From Takakia lepidozioides (taxonomy: Eukaryota; Plantae; Bryophyta): a stretch of DNA of 64,000 nucleotides. Positions within the stretch are counted from its first letter, which is position 1. Each line of letters opens with the position of its first letter. Where the stretch lies: NCBI GenBank assembly GCA_030704615.1, contig CM060732.1, positions 31,000,001-31,064,000 on the forward strand. The letters are read 5' to 3'. The translations under genes were made by a program, and so were the position numbers. Under the pieces are notes generated by a model, which was not told the origin of the DNA, did no database searches, and was given only the letters and a program-made list of their open reading frames with translations. Positions 13,561 to 24,698 of this stretch are shown one piece after another.

Positions 13561-16500
13561 ATGAGCGGAAGAGTCGGGATGGCTCTGAATAGCCAGTGTC
13601 TCGACGGGAGGGGCAATCAAAGCTATAGCTTTGTAGCTATGGCGGATATAACGGATTACACGCTCGCTTTACTTCTCACGCAGTGGCGCAAGGACGAACA
13701 AATTGAGAGTACATTCTCTCTCACTCGATACTTGCAAGCCCCACATGCTTACACACTCTTTCCTGTTCCATTCTGTGCCAACCATACCTTTATGCTCTAT
13801 GCCCTGCAAGCTTTCCTACAGTTGTTTCAAACAAGGCCTTTTTGTTTGTCTAGAATGAAGAGAGTGAGGGGAATGGAGGATATCAGGGTGAAGAGCACCA
13901 CGATTATGCAAAAGCAAACAATTGCTACACCGCAGGCAGTGCAGCTGCTGAGGGAGTTACGATTGGAGGGGCTGCTACGCGAGGACTGGTCCTTGCATCA
14001 TCGGCAGTATATGATTCAATTTCTTTAGAACTTTGAGCCTCGGACGGGAGTTACCCAGGTGAGGGGAGTAGATATAGAAATTACTCCCCAGTACTTGCAA
14101 CAATTGTTTGATTTGTCATCGGGTCAGTGGATGTGGATGAGCACAGGGCAAGATTGCAGATAGGGAATTTGTTCCAAGAAGGGAGTTTCTTTAAGACTCA
14201 AGGTTACGCTTGTACCAAAGCCGAGTACCCAGGGTTCAGAGAAGTTGGCCAAATATTGAACGTTCTGTTTGCCATGAAACAGAAGTCTTGTATACTCGAG
14301 TGGTTGACACCCCATAATAGACTATAGAAAACTAGTATCCTGCAGGGACCATGCTCTATAGATACGTCACAGCCAAAGTTCCCAGGCAATGGTCAATGAG
14401 GGCCTATCTCTCCTTCTCTCTCTTTTCTTTGGAGGAATAAACGAGGCGCTGACGATAAACTCTCTAAATGACTAACCTCCCCAAATTCAATTTAGGGAAT
14501 TTTTGGGAAATTCTTGGGCAGGCTTGTGTAGTTCTTGGCCTATGAGGGACTGACCGTTGGAATTCCAAAATGAAGGAGAATTTGAGGCGCCTATACCATT
14601 TCCTTTGCAAATTCTCTTTTTGGACCCCCATTCGAGTCAAATACAAAGCATCCCCCCTTCATTTTGGCAGATTGGGGTGAAATTTGGTGTGAGGGTTTGG
14701 GATTGTGCACTTCACAGGAATATAGCACTTTTTCTCCTAGGAAAATTTGGGATCATGGATAATTTGCTTGGTCAAACATGAACTTTTGCTTTGTTTTTTC
14801 CATTTTCAAAAAAATGCACAGTCTTCAAATGTTATAATCTCCCAAACTACACATTGGAATCTCCCCAAATTTGGAGGGCTTGTGCATCTGGTAGGTAGGA
14901 AGCAGTTTGTATGTTCATCCATGTGGATGAACGTTGGTGGGCAGGTAGCCGCTGACGTGTGAGGGTCCCGGAATTGTCCAAAAACCCAAAAACACCTCTG
15001 GTCCTTTAGGGGTTAAATTACTTCTATCAGACCCTAAATCCAAATGGTTCAACCTCATTAATGCGGGCACATTTCAAGGACGACCGCCAGACAAGACTAT
15101 ATCCACGTGGTTACTACTTTGCATATGCTTAAGCCATCCTTGTTGTTGCTTGGTAAGACTCTGCCTAGATATTCTACTTATTCATGGCCTCCCTATCACA
15201 GCTATCGCACCCATCACAGTTCTCTTTTCGCTCACTATTGCAGAACTCTCTATGAAGAGTGCATGAAAGTTGAACACAAATCAAGTTTGGAGTGCAAAAC
15301 AGGGAAGGAAACTGTGGTTTTGGGTCCAAATGAATTATGTTCGCTCCCAAATTTGGCACGCACGTTGCATATGGCTACATTACACGCGCCATTCAAAAAC
15401 CGAATGTTTTGTGAAATTTCCGGCCTCCTCCAGGTCAGGCAATCGGTGGCCGGAATTTCGCCTGAATCCGGCGACGTTTTCCGGGCCACGTCGAGGTTCC
15501 CCATTATTTGCCAGGGCCAGCTCATTCAAGTCGTCCTGTGTTCGTCGGCGTTTTGGGGAGGGCCTCACAATTTGTGCAGGTCATTCACAGAGGAGATACT
15601 AAAAGCTTTGAGGGGAGATGATGTAGCTTGGGCAGAGTTAATGTACAATGGTCTGGTGGAAGAGATGAAGAGGTTACAGGGCACTGCTGCTAAGTCTCCG
15701 ATCATCGTGTCTGGCCCAGTCATTACTCAGATTATTCTTGACTCTTGCATACTTGATGCGCAAGAACGTAAGGAGATGGGAGTGTTTGAGGCAGCAACCA
15801 CTGCAATGGAGGAGCAGGGTTCTTCACATAGTGAGGGTGGACTGGTAGGGCAACACCAGTCTAAGAGACAGAAGCGGGGTATGACTGTAGTGGCGGATCC
15901 ACTAGCTTCAAGGAAACTGCAAGATGATATTTCCCAAGCTCTTGTGCAGGAGGGGGCACAGCAGCACAGAGGGCTGTTATTACTAGAAGCACGACCTTTG
16001 GAGATGGAAGAAGAAGTCACTTCGACACCACAGCCATCACAGCCAGTTGAATTGGTTGTCTCAGAGGTTCCTCAGTTAGTACATGCTGTGCCACCAGGGC
16101 CTATTGCTCTGGAAGGAGAAGGGTTGGACATTCCCACTACAGAGCAGGTCGTGGCAGAAATTGAGAAGGGTGACCTTCTCTATGAAAACTCTGGCTTGGT
16201 CAGGGAATCAGTGGTACCAGAGGTGCAGAGTCTGTCCAGGGGAAATCCCTGCTGAGCATGTAATATCCAAACCTGTGACGGAGGTACCAGGGGTAGAATC
16301 CAAAGACACTGCAGCACCTGTGGAGGAAGAGGTCGTTCAGGAAAAAAATCTGGTGGGACAATGGCCTGAATGGTTGGTGCAACATCACATTGTGGAGGAT
16401 CAGGGAGAACAGCAACAAGTTCACCATGAAGACCCACAGCAGACCATGCTTATGAGTTCCATAAGCATGACACTCAATTTGTTGGGCACTTATGTGAAAT

Positions 16501-18050
16501 CCCATGTTCCATCTACACAATTGGCAGTTTTGAGGGAGGAAGTCAGGAAGGAGTTTGAGACTAGACTTGCCACCGAGTGTGCAAATAAGGTGGATGTGGA
16601 GGCCAACCTCAAGTTGCAAAAAGAATTGGAGGACACAAAGGCTGCCTTGCAGATGGCTGAGGGGAATTTGATTGAAGCAGGTCTCGAGGAAGAGAAGTTG
16701 CATGAAGCACATAAACAACAGTTATACCAGTTGCAGGTGAAGCATGAGGGCAAGTTGCAGGAAGTGAACGTGCTACATACAGAGTTGGAGGCAGTTCATG
16801 AGAGAATAACCATACAGTGTGCCACACTAACAACTGCTCTGGAGCAAACTGCATTAGAAGTTAACAGACAAGGGGAGAGATGTATGATGGCAGAAGCTGA
16901 GATAATAGAGCAAGGGAAACTCATTGTTGATTTGAAGGCTACACTCTGTCGCAATGAGAATACTTTCCAATAGTACAGTAAGGTTGAGGCTGACCAGGAG
17001 AGGTACATCCTGGAGTTGCAGCAAACACTCATGGTCAATAGAAATAAACTTTCTGTGGCTAACAAGGCTTGGAAGGAAGCCAATAATCTGGTTGCTGCCT
17101 ATGCGGGCCTGGTTGAACCTCATGCAAAGCGCATGGAGGCTTTACAACAACAGTTAGATGTGTACAGACTCAAGGAGGAGCAGACTCTCAGGGGTGCCAC
17201 ACAGGACTTGGTGGATAATCACCTTATGCAGGTATGGTTAGCACAAGGGCCGGTAGAAGGAAAAGCACCAAGGAAGCTCACCCAGGGAGAGATGAATGAT
17301 CTCAGATTGCAGGTGCAGAACATTGCCACAACTATTATTGACAATGTCTATAGTAGGATAACGGAGTTACATGAGGATGTGGAAGGCCTGCAGACTCAAG
17401 TGGATGACCTGAGTTCAAATATTGACAAGAGAGTCTTTGTTCCTGAGGAGCAGCTGATGGCTACTTATTTGCATGCCAGGACTCTAATTTTTCAGTCTTC
17501 TTCGCAAGGGGTGCAGGAGATGCCAGTGGTAGAAGGGCCAGTGGTGCCAATACCACAACAGGTGTCTGTGCAGGTAATTGACCCTATTGCTACTACAGCA
17601 AAACCACAGCCTGAGGTATGGGGGGATGCTGCTTTTAACCCACCTAGGACTCCTGCTGCACGGGAGTATAGTCGGGCTATGATTATGCCCTTCAACCAAA
17701 TTCCCATTGTGCTGGATTTGGCTTGGAAGAAGATGCAAAGGTTATGATGCAGAAGGATTCCCAACTTTGTTCCTGGTTTAATTTGGCTTGGAACAACTTG
17801 GCAATGGAGAAATTAGGCCTTGATGATATTTTCTATAAGGGACATGAAGCCTGGAAATACTTACACTGTTCCAAAGTCATTGGCACACCTCTCACCTATA
17901 CGACTAAGGAGTTCAGAGCATTCACTCATTTTGCTTGCACGCGCTTACAACAAGTAGTACAGTTTAAGCTTCCAGACATGGTGGGACAACATTGTATGCC
18001 ACGCAGGATTCCGGAGAAGCCACTTAAAGTTCGTCCGTTAAAACACCTAA
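13561..18050 (+). pseudogene. Retrotransposon 3' accessory ORF(s) with long coiled-coil region, fragmented
   Basis: Consecutive frames 13561-14327, ~15580-16255, 16083-16973, 17016-17747 and 17723-18050; heptad-rich E/L/Q region; interrupted by a ~1.2 kb insertion. Confidence 0.5.
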
Positions 18051-18464
18051 GGGTTGCCAAAGGAGGTACAAGCTTGATTTTGAGTTCCAATGAGAAATTG
18101 AGCTTGTTGTGTGGCCTGTGCATTGCTAGTTGAGTTGGAGACAAACTTGAGTAGCTTAAGGTGAAGAAGATCAAGGGAATTTGCCTTGGTACCCCATAGA
18201 ATTCATGGATGCTTGAGGGGATTAAGAATAGAGCCCCAAGGAGCACAAACCCTAGCTTGGTAAGGCTAAACCTCAAGGAAATAGAGGGGGAAGTGGCTAA
18301 AGCCTAGGGGAAAATGGCTAAACCCTGGGGGGAAATGAACTACTCTATGAGGGGGAAATGGCTATTCCTAAGGGGAATACAAGGGGAATACGTATAGGCC
18401 CAGGGGAATACTCGGGGAGTATTATGGCATATTCTTGGGAATATTCTTAGGGAACTTTGGGAAC

Positions 18465-18830
18465 CTATTGGGAACTTGGGAACGCATTGGGAACATGGTG
18501 ATATAGGAAGAGTCTTTGGAGAACTGTTTGGGGTCCTTGGAGGACCATTGGGAGTCTTTGGAGGACTGTTTGGAGGAGCATTGGGAGTCTTTGGAGGACT
18601 ATTTGGAAGATCATTGGGAGTCCTTGGAGGACTGTTTGGGGTCCTTGGAGGACCATTTGGAGGACCATTGGGAGTCCTTGGAGGACTATTTGGAGGACCA
18701 TTGGGAGTCTTTGGAGGACTATTTGGAAGATCATTGGGAGTCCTTGGAGGACTGTTTGGGGTCCTTGGAGGACCATTTGGAGGACCATTTGGAGTTCTTA
18801 GGAGGACTATTTGGGGTCCTTGGAGGCCAA
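18465..18830 (+). repeat. GGAGGAC-based minisatellite with higher-order duplication
   Basis: ggaggactattt/ggaggaccattg/ggagtccttgga units; block 18601-18665 is repeated at 18721-18785. Confidence 0.9.
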
Positions 18831-19614
18831 TATTTGGCGAGCTTGAGGAGTCTTTGGCGACTTGTGTGAGGGACTATTGGGGTCCTCGAGGGCTAAGTTT
18901 TGGCAAGCTTGGGGTCTTGGTGTACTCTTTTGGAGTCCCATCGTGCAAGGATTGGGAGCCTTAGTGAGATTGTTTGAGAGACATATTCTTGAGGGCTCAT
19001 GGAGAGTTATTTGAGAGACCCTTGAAAGGTAGTCTTGTCTATTGTTCAAGTAAGAGAGTGTGGAGATAGGGTAGTGGGATGAGAGCATGCTGTGATAGGA
19101 ATTGCTTTAGTCTCTCTTCTTTGTAGTCTTCCACCCTCTCTGTAGGCCAAAACCTTTCCGTAGGTGGAGGCAAGAATCAGTCCGGGTTTGGGCTGGGGTG
19201 TCATTGTAGGAGCGACACTGTGGAGTGTTTTTGGTGTGGGGGAGTTGTTGTCTTGATTTTCTTGTGTTTGGGTCCTCTCCACACCTGCATGCTTGATTGT
19301 GCGCCATGTTAGCTTTGTATGGGCGCTTGTTTTCATAGGAGGTTGGTCCGGATTTGATCACCGGCCAATCCTAGAGCGTGCTGTCGGTGGTGAGGCTGGG
19401 GTGATGACCAGTCAGACCATCATTGTTTCTCTTATGGTGAGGCTGGGTTGATGACCAGCAGACCATATGAGTGCTTGCGGTGGATATAGGTGTAGGTTTA
19501 TATTACGAACCTAGTAGTCTAAGTCATAAGCTGCAACAGGTCCTCTACCCGGTTACCTTGTGGAAAGGGGGATTAGAGACAGGTTTACAACAGGTGTGGT
19601 TGTGAGTTTTCATC

Positions 19615-21000
19615 ACGGAGGTGCCACCAGTTGCTGAGGAGAGTGCCGGTACGAGCACCAGCGATACTAGTGGGTATACAAGACGAGGTGTGCGGTTTAG
19701 GCCACCTTCACCTTCAGTGTCTTCTGAGGAAGGTTCAGACTCGGAGTCAGGAGGATTCTCGCTGAGGATGCAAGTCATTTCCGTGCCATTGTTGTGGGAC
19801 ACGATGGAGGAGATGTATGGAGCTACCAAGGGGCCACGTAGGTACTCTGGAGTTGTGGGCACCATCGAGCTTGATGACTTCATACAAGAGTTTGACAGTT
19901 GGTGTGATTTGCAGCAGATGCGCAATCCACAACTGTTTACGCCTTTTATGGCGTGGAAGGGGCTATTTCAGCACCTTGAGGGGCCGCCCATGGATGACTA
20001 CCATGAGTTTAGGCGGGGACATGAGGTGGAAATTGAGGAATGGCGAGTGTATTGGTCACCTCACTATGTCTCCATCACTAGAGGCACAAGGGCAGTGGTG
20101 ACACCGGCAGCTACACCGGCAGCTTCTGCAAGCAGCAGTGGGACGTCAAGTGGAACAGGAGCTGGGAAGTCCACCCAAGCTCCTGCTGCAGCACCAACAC
20201 CCGTGTCAGCCTTTAACCCAGTTGTGGAGTTCTTCGAGGAGTTAAGGAGAAACTACCAGGGGATAAGGACGGAGAAATTGTGGAGTTTGCAAGAGTTCCA
20301 ACGAAAGCCTGCAGAGAGTTGAAGGGAGGCTTACACGCGCATGAGGCGCTTGATAAACGTAACCCAAGGGGTTACAGAAGCTCAGGAAGTCCAATTTTGG
20401 TATGGGATATTGGACAAAGAACTGAGGAGAAGGGTGCAGGATGCAACTCTCTTACAAGTGGCCCAACCCACCTTAGCAAACGTGTTTTTGCAGGCAGAGC
20501 GGATAGAGCTCAATATGGTGGAGGAGCGAGTGGTCATGGTGGGGTTTGGTAAGGAGACACAATGAAGTAGGGCTCTTAGCCAACAACAACCACTACCCCA
20601 ACGTGCTCAAGGCAACAAGGGGGCTCAGGCGAAGCCCAGGGAAGGGCTGAGAGGATTTCAATTGCAGAGGTCACTTCCTTCATTCTCAAGCCAACAACAG
20701 TCGGGTGTGACATGTTGGGATTGTGGAGGACCCCATGTTAAGAGAGATTGCCCGGAGAGAGGCAAAGGGCCGGCACAGGCACAGCCTACACAACTATAGT
20801 GTGGGCATTGTAGCAAGTATGGGCATGAAAAGGTCCATTGTTATGACTTGCATCCTGAGCTACGGCCAGGCCAGTTCCAAGGGAACAATGGTGGCCGAGG
20901 ATGAGGCAATGTAGTCCAGAGAGGTAGAGGAGGCAGAGGTCGTGGTGGAGGTCGTAACCAAAACCAAGGAGCACAGGGTCACGGTCAAGGTCATGACCAA
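19615..21000 (+). pseudogene. gag: gag, copy 1
   Basis: DDFIQEFDSWCD...FQHLEGPP; knuckles CWDCGGPHVKRDC and CGHCSKYGHEKVHC (first Cys preceded by a stop). Several in-frame stops. Homologous to 41727-40400 (-). Confidence 0.85.
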
Positions 21001-21003
21001 GGC

Positions 21004-22520
21004 ATGGTAGATAGGCTTGCCCAGCTAGAGCAACATCTTGCTACCATGGCCACTACTCATGTTACGCCAGCTCCAAGGCCTGAGGTTCAAGCCCCACCTG
21101 CACAACCTCCTATGCCTAGGGAAGACCAGATTGGTATAGGCTTCATGTGTGGAGCCGCACTTACACATGTGGACTCTGCAGCTGCTGTCACTCGAGCAGC
21201 AATGCGTGTTCCTGAGCCAAGAGGAGCGGATGTGGATTTTGATCCACAAAGAGGGGAAGCAAGTTGGCAGACAAGGCTTCCACAGTCTTTCACATTGGCT
21301 GAGACAGTGCCAACTATGCCATCGATGGCACCCGCTCGCCCAAGTGTATCAGAGGTAGAGCCACGAGTGCCACTGGGGAGAGTTGGTATGGCTCGGAAAA
21401 TGCCAGTGGGTGGTACTGCAAAGCAAGGTACAACCAGTACACTGTTGGGGGCGGCTACGGCAATTTTCCAAGCTCCATTGTTTTCTTCCACGACAATTGC
21501 AATGCCGGGGATGCGGCCAGCTGCGGTGTTTCGACTGGCAGCTGCACTCTGTGAGAGTGGTGATGCATCGGCACTATCTGCGGGGATATCGGATCAGGTG
21601 CAGTGCATGGATGCCCTGGATTCAAGGGTGAAGACAGCCACAGCTGCGCCATGGCAAGCGGCAGCTACAAGCTTGCAAGAGTTGCCACCTAGACTAGCCA
21701 TTGAGCGTAGTATGGTGACTCCTGGGGTAGTCCTAGTGGACAATCATGATGGTGTGTTTCAGTTGGGTGGCCCAGCCGGGAGGAGGTATAGGCCACTGCG
21801 GGTTTTGTTGGACTCGGGAGCACAGCCATTGATGTTGGGGAGAGCAGCAATTGCAGGCTTGGGCCTTACAGAGGCGGATTTGGAGCCTTGCCCTTTCCAA
21901 ATTCAAACATCTTTGGGTGGTTTAGAGAAGGCACGAGGGATTACATGCCATGAGCTCTTCATTCGATTGCAGCCAGATCATCCTATAGATGGCTCTGTCA
22001 TGAGAGCTAAAGTCATTGTTACGGACGCGATGTCTTATGATGTGCTTGTTGGCGGGGCTGTGTTATACCCGATGGGCTTTACTTTGGACTTTTGGGAGGA
22101 AACGACATCCTATAGGCCGGAATGGCAGTCAGGGGATGGTCGACGTGCACTGCTCCCAGTGCGGTTTATTAGGAATGTAACGGTGGATCATAGGAACATG
22201 ATGCCCACATTGGCTGCATTCTCAGGGGTGGTGGCTTGGGGTGGTGAGCTCTTGGAGGGCAATAGCCATGCAGATGATAGGCCACCACCTGATGAGGACA
22301 AACAATTGGCATACAAGGCTGATTTGCTTCCTCATGTGCCTGTTCATATTCCACTGTGGGGTACAGTTGGGAATTTGCATCGAATAGCAGGCGAGTGTGT
22401 GCACCAAGCATGGCAGGAGGCCTATCCATTGGTGAGTGAGGGGAGTTCAGTGACATCACCTGGACCTCCTCAGTTAGTTCTTTTGGACACAGTGCCCATT
22501 ACCTGGCAACCACCTGACTC
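21004..22520 (+). CDS. Linker and aspartic protease, copy 1
   Basis: VLLDSGAQP active-site motif at ~21802-21828; YDVLVG downstream; same frame as gag. Confidence 0.85.
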
Positions 22521-22524
22521 AGGG

Positions 22525-23110
22525 ATTTGTTTGCTAGACCTGTTTGGAGGCATGAGCATTGGGCTTGCAGGAGTGTTGCAAGCTAGGATTAAAGTACAAA
22601 AGTACTTGTATGTGTATTTCTATGCGCCACGTTGCCTTGCTCACACACCAGTACCCTGAGTTGCTGCCTGATGCAGCAGCGGTGGGATCACGCGCGCATC
22701 GACCTCGATTGTGGTGGACCAATCTTGCACCACCAGAGCTGCTCAAGATAGCATATCATTCCATTCAACGGCCACCCAATCTCACGGTTGAGGGCATTTT
22801 GGACCAAAGGAGGCAACCACAGAGGGTGCGACATGATGACCGTCCACCTCTAGCGGTGGTCAATCGAGTGGGGCAGCCACGTACAGCCTTGCCTATGCTC
22901 ATGAGCTTTCCCTCGTCTCATGCTTTTCGAGATATCCTGGGTTGATTTGGGACAGTGTGCTACAAACAATTGGTGGAGCCCAATGCGGATGAGCGCGAGC
23001 GGGCAATGGGGTTTGCCACGGGCACTACATCTGTGCTAGCTTTGTCAGAGGCATCACGACGCCAGGTGTTGGGTCAGGCAATGGATCTAAATTGCTTGAC
23101 ATGGATAATT
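22525..23110 (+). pseudogene. C5 cytosine DNA methyltransferase domain, catalytic core deleted
   Basis: Motif I LLDLFGGMSIG, VIII DAAAVGSRAHRPRLWWTN, IX ERERAMGF and X RRQVLGQAM are present. PC and ENV motifs are missing relative to copy 2. Confidence 0.85.
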
Positions 23111-24698
23111 GGCTTGTGCATGGCTGAGCAACGGAGATTGCAAGCATTGATGGCTACTTCTGCACTTCCATTGGATATTGCACCATCTATGCCAACCGGG
23201 ACGGTGGAGGCAGTGAGTGGGGGCGAGCACAGGATCATGGGGTGCAAACACCCATGGCAGATGTGGGATGAGATGCGGAAAGAGAGAGTCATTGGATCTC
23301 TCAAGCAGCAATATGAGGAGTGGGGAGAGCCATATACTGAGGATCAGTTAGAGGCCAAGGTGGCCAATGTTTTTGAAGAGGTTGAGAATGTTTCTTGCTC
23401 AGAGGATGTTCTCAAGGTGGCTATGGCGGAGCAAGTGGAGGCTACGCCACAGTCAGATTGGGCGGACAAGGCCCAAGAGGTTGCTATCTAGCAACCAAAG
23501 GATTCGTCTCCTACCTCCACGCCTGGTGTACCCAAGGTTGCAGTCACTAAGGACAATTGGGAACCAGATGTTGGACCTACAGTCACCGGAGGAGAGAGAC
23601 GGAGGATCCAGCGATTTCTAAGGGCTTATAGAAATTGCTTTGCCTTCGGTTTGATGGATTTGGGGAGTTTGAAGGGTCAGGAGATTCGTATTGATTTGGC
23701 AAGTGACACGCCAATCTTTCGAAGGCCATACCGGTATAGTGACATGGAGAGGTCATTGATCCAGTCACGGACTATGGAGTTGTTTGAAGCTGGATTGGTG
23801 GAGTTGTCAGGCGGGGAGTATGCCTCGGCAACGGTGATGCCAGCTAAGAAGGATATCTATGGCAATTGGACAGAAAGAAGGATGTGTGGGGACTATCGTC
23901 TTGTGAACCGTCAGACTAAGTCCGATAGATATGCCATGCCAACTCCAGAGGAGATCTTTGATGCCATTGGGCATGCAAAGGTGTTTAGCACATTGGACTT
24001 GCGATCCGGTTACCACCAATTGCCAATCAAAGAGGCTGACAAGCAAAAGACAACATTCTGGGGGATTGACCAACATGGGAAGGATTGCTTGTACCAATGG
24101 TGGTTCTTACCGTTTGGGCTGAAGAATGCTCCTGCAGAGTTTCAGAGGGTCATGGATAGGATTCTCACGGGGCTAGACTTCACCCGGTGCTACATTGATG
24201 AAATCATCGTCTTTAGTGCTACGGTTGAGGAGCATGAAAGACACCTTCAGGTGGTGTTTGAGCGCTTGAGAGCGCACGGGTTGAAATTGCACCCTGGGAA
24301 GTGCAAGTTCTTCCATAACCAGATTGAGTATCTGGGCCACATGATATACCCTGGAGGATTGGGTGTTGAAAAGACGAAGGTGGAGGCCATTGCACGCATT
24401 CCACGCCCCATAGATGTTAGTAGAGTTCGTGCTTTCATGGGGTTGGCGGTTTGTCAAGGGATTTAGCAGCATTGCAAAGGCTCTTACCAAGTTGACCAAG
24501 GTGGGTCAGGAGTGGCAGTGGGAGGAGGAACATGAGGAAGCCTTTGAGGAACTCAAGGCTCGATTGACTTCTGCACCTATTCTGAGGCGGCCTATTCGGG
24601 GGCGGCCTTTCCAGCTACATACGGATTGGAGTATGCTGGGAATTGGAGCAGTGCTCACACAGGTGGATAACGAGGGAAGAGAGTTCGTAGTGGCATAT

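Noticed and set aside
18465-18964. Repeat-protein ORFs (LEDHWES, GGLFG)
   Set aside because: By-products of a minisatellite that is open in multiple frames and on both strands.
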